64,000 bases of DNA from an uncultured Bacteroidaceae bacterium (GTDB lineage: Bacteria > Bacillota > Clostridia > Christensenellales > CAG-917). Below the pieces are notes generated by a model. It was not told where the DNA came from, ran no database searches, and worked only from the letters and a program-made list of their open reading frames with translations. The DNA is taken from NCBI GenBank assembly GCA_964550635.1, contig CAZJZV010000002.1:48502-112501 (forward strand), in the 5' to 3' direction. Below, in pieces: positions 27,396-34,889 of the stretch (within the stretch, counting starts at the first letter, position 1; every line of letters starts with the position of its first letter). The position numbers were made by a program, and so were the translations under genes.

Positions 27396-29918
27396 TTAGC
27401 CGATTGAAATCACTTCATATCCCGCGTCGGTGATTGCGTTTTTCAAAACGTCGTTTGCGATTTCGCCATTCATAGTTACGGTTGCGCTTTTGTTTTCAAG
27501 TGAAACGTCCACGGATTTCACTCCGTTCACGCTTTCCAACGCTTTCTTGACGTGAGCAACGCAGTGCATGCACATCATACCTTCGATTTTCAATGTTTTG
27601 GTCATAGTTGTATCTCCTTGTTGAGTTGTATTATTCGTTTCGGCGGATTTTTCGCCTAGTTGTTTTTTGATTTCGTCAAGGTCGAGAGGAACTCCCGTGC
27701 GCGCGGTATGCTTGTTGATATTGACGGCATTCAGGCGCAGAGCGTTTAGCACCACGCATACGCTCGACAAACTCATCGCCGCCGCTCCTATCATAGGATT
27801 GAGCGTTACGCCGATAGGGGAGAGTGCGCCCGCCGCTATGGGTATGCAAATGCAGTTGTAGATGAATGCCCAGAACAAGTTTTCTTTGACGTTGGCAAGG
27901 GTTTTGCGCGACAGGGTAATCGCTCTTGCAACGTCCGTCAAGTCGGAGTGCATAAGCACGACGTCCGCACTGTCAATCGCAACGTCAGTGCCTGCGCCTA
28001 TCGCAATACCTACGTCCGCAATAGTCAGGGCGGGAGCGTCGTTGATGCCGTCCCCGACCATAATGGTTTTGCCCTGTTTTTTGAGCGCGGTGATAACCGC
28101 CGCTTTGTCTTCGGGTAGCACGTCCGAGATGACGTCATCCACACCGCATTCGTCTGTGATTGCCTTTGCACTGACCGCATTATCCCCGGTCAACATAATT
28201 GCTTTGAGTCCTTGCGCGCGCAATAATTCAATTGCTTGGCGACTGCTTCCCTTGATTTCGTCACGCACCGCGACGAGTCCGATAATCTTTCCGTCAAGGG
28301 AGAGATATAGGGGAGTTTTGCCCTGCGAAGCAAGTCTATCCCCGATTGCGATTTCGTCCGCGTTATCTCCGTCAAGATAGGATGCGTTTGTGAGAGAATA
28401 CTCTTTTCCGCCTACGTTTCCTTTTATTCCGTGTCCCACAATCGACAAGAAGTTTTCCGCTTTTTCAGGGGTGAGAGAAAGGGCGGTCGCCTTTTGCAAA
28501 ATGGCGGAAGCGATAGGATGCTCGCTCCCTTCTTCAAGGCTTGCGGACATGGACAAAATCTCGTTTTCGCTCAAGTTTGAAAAGGATATGACGTCCGTGA
28601 CTTCGGGGGTGCCTTTCGTGATAGTGCCCGTCTTGTCAAGCACAACGATATTGGATTTTCCCGTTTCTTCAAGGGCGGTGGCACTCTTGAAAAGTATGCC
28701 GTTTTTCGCACCCTTTCCGTTGCCTACCATGATAGCGACTGGGGTTGCAAGACCGAGTGCGCAAGGGCAACTGATGACAAGCACGCTTATTGCGTGAGTG
28801 AGAGATTCGGGCAGGTTTTTGGTGACCGCTATCCAAACGATGAAAACCACCAAAGCAACCGAAATGACACTTGGCACGAATATTCCCGACACTTTATCTG
28901 CCGTTTTTGCGATTGGAGCCTTTGACGACGACGCTTCTTCGACGAGTTTCACGATCTTGCCGAGAGTTGCGTTTTCACCGACTTCGATCGCGTGGACGGT
29001 GAGAAATCCGTTCACGTTAGCGGTGCCCGACAACACCTTATCCCCGACCGTTTTGAAGACGGGTAGACTCTCACCCGTGACCGACGATTCGTTGACCGAC
29101 GACGAGCCGGACACGACTATTCCGTCTGCTGGGAAGTTTTCTCCGGGGCGCACCGCAAACACGTCGTACTTCTTGAGTTCGCCTATAGGGATTTCCTTTT
29201 CTTCACCGTCGACGACAACTCTGACCACGTCGGGCGCAAGGCTCATAAGTCCTTTGATTGCGGAAGTCGTTTTGCCTTTGCTATACGCTTCCAACGTCTT
29301 GCCTATCGTTATCAGGACGAGTATCATCGCCGCCGACTCAAAATAAAGTCCGTGAATGATTTCGTGTGCTTGTTCGGGGTGTACGCCGAGTTTTATCGTC
29401 AATGCAACGCTATACAAAAACGATATTCCGCTCCCCATTGAAACGAGCGTATCCATATTGGGCGCGCGGTGGAGTAGACTTTTCGTCCCGCTCACGAAGA
29501 AGTGGTTGTTCACGAGAATTATCGCAAGGGATAAGACCATTTCGTATATCGCAATCACGATTGGGGACTTCATGAAGTCGGGGACGGGGAAGTCGAACAT
29601 AACGTACCCCATCGAAACGTAGGACAGGGGAATTAGCAACAGTGCGGATACAATCAGACGGATGACCATTTTGAAAATGGGATTGATTTTTTCGCCGTCG
29701 ATTTTTTCGCTTGCGGGGGTTGCTTTGTATCCTGCGTCCGCAACCGCTTTCGAGATGATTTCACTGCTTGCGGGGGAGGAAAAAACTACGGTCATGGAGT
29801 TTGTCAACAGGCTCACCGCCACTTCACTGACTCCGTCCACACCGCTCACCGCTTTTTCCACTCTTGCGCTACACGCGGAGCAGGTCATACCTTGAACGTT
29901 GAATTTGAGTTTTTCCAT
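27396..29918 (-). CDS. copA: Copper-translocating P1B-type ATPase with N-terminal HMA and an in-frame C-terminal CopZ-like HMA domain
   Basis: GMTCSAC (N-terminal HMA), SCPCALG (CPC), [13 protein letters not shown], and a C-terminal [15 protein letters not shown]... HMA. Confidence 0.9.
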   Translation of the reverse strand: MEKLKFNVQGMTCSACSARVEKAVSGVDGVSEVAVSLLTNSMTVVFSSPASSEIISKAVADAGYKATPASEKIDGEKINPIFKMVIRLIVSALLLIPLSYVSMGYVMFDFPVPDFMKSPIVIAIYEMVLSLAIILVNNHFFVSGTKSLLHRAPNMDTLVSMGSGISFLYSVALTIKLGVHPEQAHEIIHGLYFESAAMILVLITIGKTLEAYSKGKTTSAIKGLMSLAPDVVRVVVDGEEKEIPIGELKKYDVFAVRPGENFPADGIVVSGSSSVNESSVTGESLPVFKTVGDKVLSGTANVNGFLTVHAIEVGENATLGKIVKLVEEASSSKAPIAKTADKVSGIFVPSVISVALVVFIVWIAVTKNLPESLTHAISVLVISCPCALGLATPVAIMVGNGKGAKNGILFKSATALEETGKSNIVVLDKTGTITKGTPEVTDVISFSNLSENEILSMSASLEEGSEHPIASAILQKATALSLTPEKAENFLSIVGHGIKGNVGGKEYSLTNASYLDGDNADEIAIGDRLASQGKTPLYLSLDGKIIGLVAVRDEIKGSSRQAIELLRAQGLKAIMLTGDNAVSAKAITDECGVDDVISDVLPEDKAAVITALKKQGKTIMVGDGINDAPALTIADVGIAIGAGTDVAIDSADVVLMHSDLTDVARAITLSRKTLANVKENLFWAFIYNCICIPIAAGALSPIGVTLNPMIGAAAMSLSSVCVVLNALRLNAVNINKHTARTGVPLDLDEIKKQLGEKSAETNNTTQQGDTTMTKTLKIEGMMCMHCVAHVKKALESVNGVKSVDVSLENKSATVTMNGEIANDVLKNAITDAGYEVISIG

Positions 29919-29919
29919 A

Positions 29920-30237
29920 CTACTTCAATTTTTTCACAAGGTCGATAGTTTCATCCATAATTTCGGCGTTACCGCTCAAAACGTTTTCGACCACGCAGGT
30001 TTTCAGGTGCTCTTCGAGAATGATATAGCCAAAACTCTGCAACGCTTTTTCGACGGCGGATATTTGTATCAAAATATCTCCGCAGTAGCGGTTGTCCGAA
30101 ATCATTCCTTTGATACCGCCCAGTTGACCGATAATTCTATTCAATCTATCGTTGAGAGATTTGAGTTGTTTTTCGTCGCGGGGTGTGTTTTTACGTCTGT
30201 CTGCGCAGTGGCAACAGGGTTGATTGTTTTCGTTCAT
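29920..30237 (-). CDS. csoR: CsoR-family copper-sensing repressor
   Basis: DUF156-like [16 protein letters not shown] with conserved Cys/His/Cys positions ([13 protein letters not shown]). Sits immediately upstream of copA. Confidence 0.9.
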   Translation of the reverse strand: MNENNQPCCHCADRRKNTPRDEKQLKSLNDRLNRIIGQLGGIKGMISDNRYCGDILIQISAVEKALQSFGYIILEEHLKTCVVENVLSGNAEIMDETIDLVKKLK

Positions 30238-30250
30238 AATTCTATCTCCG

Positions 30251-30269
30251 TATACCCTATGGGGGTATA
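30251..30269. promoter_or_regulatory. CsoR operator
   Basis: Palindrome TATACCC-tatgg-GGGTATA, like the known Bacillus-type CsoR box TACCC-N-GGGGTA. It lies just downstream of the csoR -10. Confidence 0.7.
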
Positions 30270-30272
30270 TAT

Positions 30273-30301
30273 AGCATATATCCTTTTCCCGCCGTTGTCA
30301 A
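30273..30301 (-). promoter_or_regulatory. csoR-copA promoter
   Basis: On the minus strand: TTGACA, 17 nt, TATGCT. Confidence 0.55.
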
Positions 30302-30378
30302 GGAAGAAAGACAAATGTATATTGATTTTCATGCGCGCGGGGTATATAATGTATTAAAACTAATTGTCAAGGTAACCT

Positions 30379-31980
30379 ATGAAAAACCTATTCGCAAAAA
30401 TTACGATAATCGCAGTTTGTGCGCTCTTTGCAGTAGCACTTGTTTTCGGCTCGACCGATAGCGGTGTAGCATTCGCCTACAACAATAGCACCGAAGGGTG
30501 GGAAGAAGGCGTTTTCAACAATCTCGACTACGGCATTTATTGGTATCAAAAGGGAAGGGAAGTCCCTGTCAAGTGGGATAATCCCAATGCAAATTTCGAT
30601 CCGTCCCGTCCGACCGTCATTTTCACACACGGTATGAAACAAAACGAAGGATTTTATTGCCGTGATATTCTTTCAACCTACGAAGATACCCGCGGTTATA
30701 TGAGCAGTGCGGGCGTCGATTACAACACGGAATACTACGAGAAATATATCGATATGGGTTACAACGTGGGGCATTTCTATTGGAATCAACTCTCCGAAGA
30801 ATCCATAACCGGCGACATGAAAATTTGGTCGTCGGATACCGATCTCGGCATGCGCTACTTTGTGTCGGACGAAAGCGGTAAACGGGTGCAGGGGGACGAG
30901 AGCAAAAACCCCACTAAATCGGTTTCCGTCTTGTATGCGGAAAACATAATCTCCGCACTCGGCGAGAATTATAACGGCACTCTTCACCTTATCGGGCATT
31001 CGATGGGCGGGGATTTGTCCCTTGCGGTTGCGGAAAATCTCTCTATGATGAACGACGACGGCAAGATTTCCGATAATCTCGTGCCCACTCGCGTAACCAT
31101 GCTCGATCCCTATCTCAGTGTGACTCGCGTTGACGGACATATCGACCATAGGGGCGGTGTGGACGCGGAAGGAAAGAGCATAGCGGAACTTTGCTCGGAA
31201 GCGGTCGTAACCCTTGCAAACAGGGGAGTCGCTATCGACGGATACGGCGCGGGTATGTTCATCTACACGCAATATTCGAGCCCTATGGGACAGTTGTCAT
31301 ACGGAGATGATTCGGGAACAATCGAACTTCTCACCGAAAGATTTTCGGACAACTGCGTATGGGTGCACCTTGACGGACTCGACAGTGTCTACGGCATGAC
31401 GAGAACTCACTGTGTGGTGCCCGACTACTTCTTCTTGTCCTTGTATCAAGAAAAAGGCGTTGACAATTTCGGGGACGAAGTGCCGTGCGCACTCTCCACT
31501 GCGGACGAGATTTACGCACTGCGCGGGCGCGCCTATTCGCAAACGATTTCGTCAAAGACGGAGAAGAAATCATATCTCATATCGGACAGCGATTTCACGA
31601 GAGTAGACCGCAACAAAAACAAAGTCAATCTCATTGTGAATTTCACCGTAAACGACGTTTATTGTGCGAAAGTGTTGAATGAAGTCGGCGAAGTGGTATA
31701 TTCGAGAAATTCCAACGCTCCCATAAACCGCTTGGAAATGGGACTTGAAGAAGGTGTTTATACGATTGAATACTACAATGTGGACGGTGTGACGGATAGC
31801 GCAAACAATCAAACGGTAACACTGTTGGAAGACGACTGCGAAACCCTTGAAATGAGCGTGAGCATAGCGCCGCAAAAAGCAGAGAAAAGCATGGTTTGGC
31901 TCTATGCGCTTCTCGGAGTGCTTGGCGGAATTACGATAGCGTTTGCCGTCACTTGCGCCGTCCTTATGACGAGAAAATAA
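30379..31980 (+). CDS. Secreted, C-terminally membrane-anchored alpha/beta hydrolase (lipase/esterase-like)
   Basis: N-terminal signal/TM segment. GHSMGG nucleophile elbow. Beta-sandwich-like C-terminal region. Terminal TM helix followed by MTRK. Confidence 0.6.
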   Translation: MKNLFAKITIIAVCALFAVALVFGSTDSGVAFAYNNSTEGWEEGVFNNLDYGIYWYQKGREVPVKWDNPNANFDPSRPTVIFTHGMKQNEGFYCRDILSTYEDTRGYMSSAGVDYNTEYYEKYIDMGYNVGHFYWNQLSEESITGDMKIWSSDTDLGMRYFVSDESGKRVQGDESKNPTKSVSVLYAENIISALGENYNGTLHLIGHSMGGDLSLAVAENLSMMNDDGKISDNLVPTRVTMLDPYLSVTRVDGHIDHRGGVDAEGKSIAELCSEAVVTLANRGVAIDGYGAGMFIYTQYSSPMGQLSYGDDSGTIELLTERFSDNCVWVHLDGLDSVYGMTRTHCVVPDYFFLSLYQEKGVDNFGDEVPCALSTADEIYALRGRAYSQTISSKTEKKSYLISDSDFTRVDRNKNKVNLIVNFTVNDVYCAKVLNEVGEVVYSRNSNAPINRLEMGLEEGVYTIEYYNVDGVTDSANNQTVTLLEDDCETLEMSVSIAPQKAEKSMVWLYALLGVLGGITIAFAVTCAVLMTRK

Positions 31981-32057
31981 CCCTACGACACTCAAATCTG
32001 CCGTGTTCACTCTGAATGCGGCGGTTTTTCTTTTTCGTCGGTTTCAAAAAATAATTA

Positions 32058-32086
32058 TTGCCATATCACAACTTGTCGTGTATAAT
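32058..32086 (+). promoter_or_regulatory. Promoter
   Basis: TTGCCA, 17 nt, TATAAT. Confidence 0.5.
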
Positions 32087-32117
32087 TTAATTATTAACTA
32101 AAATTAAGGCGGAAATT

Positions 32118-32831
32118 ATGAAAAATCTTACCAAAACCGAAAAAACCCTTTGGGGACTTATTGGCCTTTCTATCGTTATTATGATATTCGGCTTTTTGTT
32201 CCTTCTCAACGCAATGGGCATGTGCGACTTCTATCCGCACTACAGCGCAATCCCCAACGTTCTCGGCAAATATATCGTCGTCATCGCAACTATGGCATGC
32301 GGTATTATGCTCTTCTCGAACGTCGCAATGCGCTTCCCCGACAAGAAACTCCGCAACGGTCTCACCATTTTCATCACGGCTTTTGCGTTCATCTTGACGG
32401 TGCCCCTTACCTACGTATTCTTCTCCTTGCTCCCGTTCGCATCCAACTATTCCATGGCTGACGTGTTCGCATCCGCAGGCGCAAGCACCCTTTCGGATTT
32501 CACCCCCGAAGTCGTATCCGCATCCGCAGACGTTCTCGGCATCAATGCGATCGACAAAATCATGGGCGTGAACAACATCTATATGGGATTTGCGGACTTG
32601 TTCGGTGAAGGCGCGGGACTTTGGGTAGTGCTCGCAATCATGGCGGTCGTCGGCGTTGTCTTCTTGCTCGAACCGTTGATCGCAGGCATCTGCGTCACCA
32701 AAGGCAAAATGCTCCAACTCTTCGGCAAAAACGAGAAAGGCAAATTCGCACCTATCGCAATCGTCGAACTTCCCGTTGCCAAGGCACAACGTCTTGCGGA
32801 AGAAGAGAGAATCAGAGAAACGATTGTTTGA
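32118..32831 (+). CDS. Hypothetical polytopic membrane protein
   Basis: 237-aa ORF with RBS AAGGCGG and several hydrophobic helices. No family recognised. Confidence 0.6.
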   Translation: MKNLTKTEKTLWGLIGLSIVIMIFGFLFLLNAMGMCDFYPHYSAIPNVLGKYIVVIATMACGIMLFSNVAMRFPDKKLRNGLTIFITAFAFILTVPLTYVFFSLLPFASNYSMADVFASAGASTLSDFTPEVVSASADVLGINAIDKIMGVNNIYMGFADLFGEGAGLWVVLAIMAVVGVVFLLEPLIAGICVTKGKMLQLFGKNEKGKFAPIAIVELPVAKAQRLAEEERIRETIV

Positions 32832-32846
32832 TGAAAAATAAACTAT

Positions 32847-32877
32847 AAAAAAGCGTCTCAAGCGGACGCTTTTTTTA
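32847..32877 (+). terminator. Intrinsic terminator
   Basis: AGCGTC-7nt-GACGCT followed by TTTTTTT. Confidence 0.7.
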
Positions 32878-32900
32878 TAGTGATATTGCTACGCAGTGAT
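32878..32900 (+). repeat. Copy of the GTGATATTGCTAYGCAGTGAT word
   Basis: tagtgatattgctacgcagtgat directly abuts the terminator T-run and overlaps a possible -35 (TTGCTA) of the downstream rubrerythrin gene. Confidence 0.8.
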
Positions 32901-32953
32901 TGCATAGCGTATAATTTTCGCGCCTTCGGGGATAATAGTATCGGAGGTGCTTA

Positions 32954-33544
32954 ATGAAATTTCAAGATAGCAAAACTTATCACAATCTCGCTCGCGCTTA
33001 CGCAGGCGAATGTCAGGCTCGCACTCGTTACGAATTTATCGAGTACGGCGCAAGAATGCAAGGTTATTCCTGCCTTGCCGAAGTCGTGGATAAAGTCGTC
33101 TACAACGAGTTCAACCACGCAAGAATGTTCTACACTTATCTGCAACAGGACGTCAAAAAACAAATCGACAATATCGATATATCAGCAGGCTATCCTTTCA
33201 AGGAGAAGTGGGACTTGACGGATAATCTCCGCCTTGCCGCAGAGGACGAGAAAACCGAAGCGGAAGAAGTCTATCCCGAATTTGTGAAGATAGCAAAAGA
33301 GGAGGGCTACGACGACGTAGCAGACCTTTTCAAAATGGTCATCGAAGTGGAAAAGAGTCATCAAGCGTTGTTTGAAGAACTCCACAAGCAGATGAAAGAC
33401 GGCTCGTTATACAAGAAAAAAGTCAAGGTAACTTGGAAATGCTCGGGTTGCGGACACACCGAATCCGCCAAAGAAGCGTGGGAAGAATGCCCGCTCTGCA
33501 AAGAAAAACAAGGCGCGGTCATTCTCCACCTAGAAAACGCTTAA
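32954..33544 (+). CDS. Rubrerythrin-family protein
   Basis: Ferritin-like domain (ARAYAGECQARTRYEF) plus C-terminal CSGCGH...CPLCKE. Confidence 0.85.
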   Translation: MKFQDSKTYHNLARAYAGECQARTRYEFIEYGARMQGYSCLAEVVDKVVYNEFNHARMFYTYLQQDVKKQIDNIDISAGYPFKEKWDLTDNLRLAAEDEKTEAEEVYPEFVKIAKEEGYDDVADLFKMVIEVEKSHQALFEELHKQMKDGSLYKKKVKVTWKCSGCGHTESAKEAWEECPLCKEKQGAVILHLENA

Positions 33545-33584
33545 CCAAAAAACCGCTTTCAAACAAAAGCGGTTTTTTGATTGG
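33545..33584. terminator. Bidirectional terminator
   Basis: AAAAAACCGCTTT-caaac-AAAAGCGGTTTTTT. Its reverse complement recurs at 34793-34827. Confidence 0.8.
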
Positions 33585-33593
33585 TCGTTGCGA

Positions 33594-33899
33594 TTAATCT
33601 TCGTCGTTGTCTAGATTGTAAATCAGTTTTTCGAGAAGATTTTCGTCTTGTTGTTCTCTTACTTCGACAGGTACGAAATCTCCGAAAAGTTTTGTGAATT
33701 GCTCTTCGTTGATTCTCGGCGCACCGTTTGCGACGAGTTCTTTTTCAATCAACCAATCCACGTACACGCGCGCTTTTGTCCAAGACAATCCAAATTCGCG
33801 TTGCAAAAGAGACGCGGACGCTTTGCCTTCTTGGATGAACATTTTGAGCGCGGATATTGCAATGTCTTCCAGTTCGTTTTTCGGTTTGTAAATTTCCAT
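33594..33899 (-). CDS. Small standalone FtsK-gamma-like winged-helix protein with acidic tail
   Basis: 101 aa. GKASASLLQREFGLSWTKARVYVDWLIEKELV resembles the FtsK gamma domain core (GKAS.SLLQR...aR..d.me..g.V). Confidence 0.55.
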   Translation of the reverse strand: MEIYKPKNELEDIAISALKMFIQEGKASASLLQREFGLSWTKARVYVDWLIEKELVANGAPRINEEQFTKLFGDFVPVEVREQQDENLLEKLIYNLDNDED

Positions 33900-33984
33900 A
33901 AAATCCTCCTTGATTTTTCACTGACAATCCTACTCTGATTGTGGATACGATTATATAACAGATTTATTCTTTTATCAATAGCGA

Positions 33985-34031
33985 AAACAAAAAAACGCAA
34001 AAGAAAATCCGTCGCACGTGGCGACGGATTT
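33985..34031 (-). terminator. Terminator of the small Cys-rich peptide gene
   Basis: AAATCCGTCGC-acgtg-GCGACGGATTT with a T-run on the minus strand. Confidence 0.75.
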
Positions 34032-34038
34032 CTTTCGA

Positions 34039-34182
34039 TTACTTGCAGTCTTTGCAATCGCAATCCTTACTTGCTTGGCTCTTGGGAGAAGAGTTTTGTT
34101 TGGATTTGGACTTGCTTGCACTGTTTTCACAGTTCTTACCGCAATTTTGAGTGGATTTGCTACCGGATTTTCTGTTATCCAT
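34039..34182 (-). CDS. Untracked 47-aa Lys/Ser-rich, Cys-containing peptide
   Basis: Manual translation: MDNRKSGSKSTQNCGKNCENSASKSKSKQNSSPKSQASKDCDCKDCK. RBS AAAGGAGA lies 7 nt before the ATG. A strong terminator follows directly. Too short (<60 aa) to appear in the supplied track. Confidence 0.5.
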   Translation of the reverse strand: MDNRKSGSKSTQNCGKNCENSASKSKSKQNSSPKSQASKDCDCKDCK

Positions 34183-34329
34183 AAAATTCTCCTTTTTTTT
34201 CGGCTATGCCGTGGTATTGATAGTATTCGCAACGGTGCGCGGTTTTATACGGATTTGCGAAAATTCTATTTTCAATACGACCGCTAAAAAGAAAAATTTA
34301 ATATACCTGCGAAAAATGATGAAAATCGT

Positions 34330-34358
34330 TTGACAAAGTTTCCCGTCAATGCTATTAT
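34330..34358 (+). promoter_or_regulatory. Consensus promoter of the tRNA-Ala/tRNA-Ile pair
   Basis: TTGACA, exact 17 nt, TATTAT. Confidence 0.65.
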
Positions 34359-34374
34359 CTTAAAGCATTCACTT

Positions 34375-34450
34375 GGGGGTGTAGCTCAGTTGGTAGAGCG
34401 CTTGATTTGCATTCAAGAGGTCCTCGGTTCGAATCCGTGCATCTCCACCA
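34375..34450 (+). tRNA. tRNA-Ala (anticodon UGC), CCA encoded
   Basis: Anticodon loop TTTGCAT, G3:U70 pair in the acceptor stem, T loop TTCGAAT. One T-stem mismatch. Confidence 0.85.
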
Positions 34451-34459
34451 TAAACCCAA

Positions 34460-34536
34460 GGGGTTGTAGCTCAGTTGGTTAGAGCACGCGCCTGATAAGC
34501 GCGAGGTCGATAGTTCGAGTCTATTCAACCCCACCA
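34460..34536 (+). tRNA. tRNA-Ile (anticodon GAU), CCA encoded
   Basis: Anticodon stem CGCGC/GCGCG with loop CTGATAA, and typical Ile-GAU D and T arms. Confidence 0.9.
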
Positions 34537-34540
34537 AAAA

Positions 34541-34572
34541 AATAACACGGAAATCATCCGTGTTATTTTTTT
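34541..34572 (+). terminator. Terminator after the tRNA pair
   Basis: AATAACACGG-aaatcat-CCGTGTTATT followed by TTTTT. Confidence 0.8.
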
Positions 34573-34574
34573 AT

Positions 34575-34755
34575 CCATTGCGAAAGCAATGGTATGTAAT
34601 CACACCCACAGTGTGTATGTAATCAGCCGTAGGCTGCATAGCATCACGCTTTAGCGTGTATCAACTTTCGCAATGATTACATACAAAACTTCGTTTTGAT
34701 TACATTCAACGTTGCACGTTGATTACATACAATACTTTGTATTGATTGTGCTACG
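34575..34755. repeat. Mirror-oriented array of about 23-bp units: conserved linker TGATTACATA (or its complement) plus unit-specific mini-hairpins
   Basis: TATGTAATCA at 34593 and 34616, with degenerate copies near 34637 and 34658. TGATTACATA/T at 34674, 34697 and 34720, with a degenerate copy at 34743; all are 23 bp apart. Hairpins between them include CCATTGC/GCAATGG, CACAC/GTGTG, CAGCC/GGCTG, CACGC/GCGTG, CAAAAC/GTTTTG, CAACGT/ACGTTG and CAATAC/GTATTG. Confidence 0.85.
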
Positions 34756-34792
34756 CTCCCGCGAGATTCCCACGCTTCGCTCGGAATGACAG

Positions 34793-34827
34793 AAAAACCG
34801 CTTTTGTTTGAAAGCGGTTTTTGATTT
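34793..34827. terminator. Bidirectional terminator (inverted duplicate of 33545-33584)
   Basis: AAAAACCGCTTTT-gtttg-AAAGCGGTTTTT. Confidence 0.75.
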
Positions 34828-34849
34828 TATGGGCGGAAAATTTTTAGTA

Positions 34850-34878
34850 GACCAAAACTGCAAAGCAATATCACTTCG
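34850..34878 (-). repeat. Copy of the GAAGTGATATTGCTTTGCAGTTTT element
   Basis: The reverse complement of 34850-34878 matches 26751-26780 except for one indel. Confidence 0.85.
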
Positions 34879-34889
34879 GCGGAGCGGAT

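Noticed and set aside
30340-30351. A second CsoR operator in the lipase-like gene promoter (GGGGTATATAAT).
   Set aside because: It is only a half-site (GGGGTATA) that coincides with the -10 hexamer, with no inverted partner.
33939-34333. Track ORFs 33939-34184, 33975-34232, 34018-34287 and 34151-34333 around the small peptide gene, and 34355-34537 antisense to the tRNAs.
   Set aside because: They have no RBS and overlap the terminator, promoter and tRNA genes. Only the 47-aa minus-strand frame has a proper SD, ATG and terminator.
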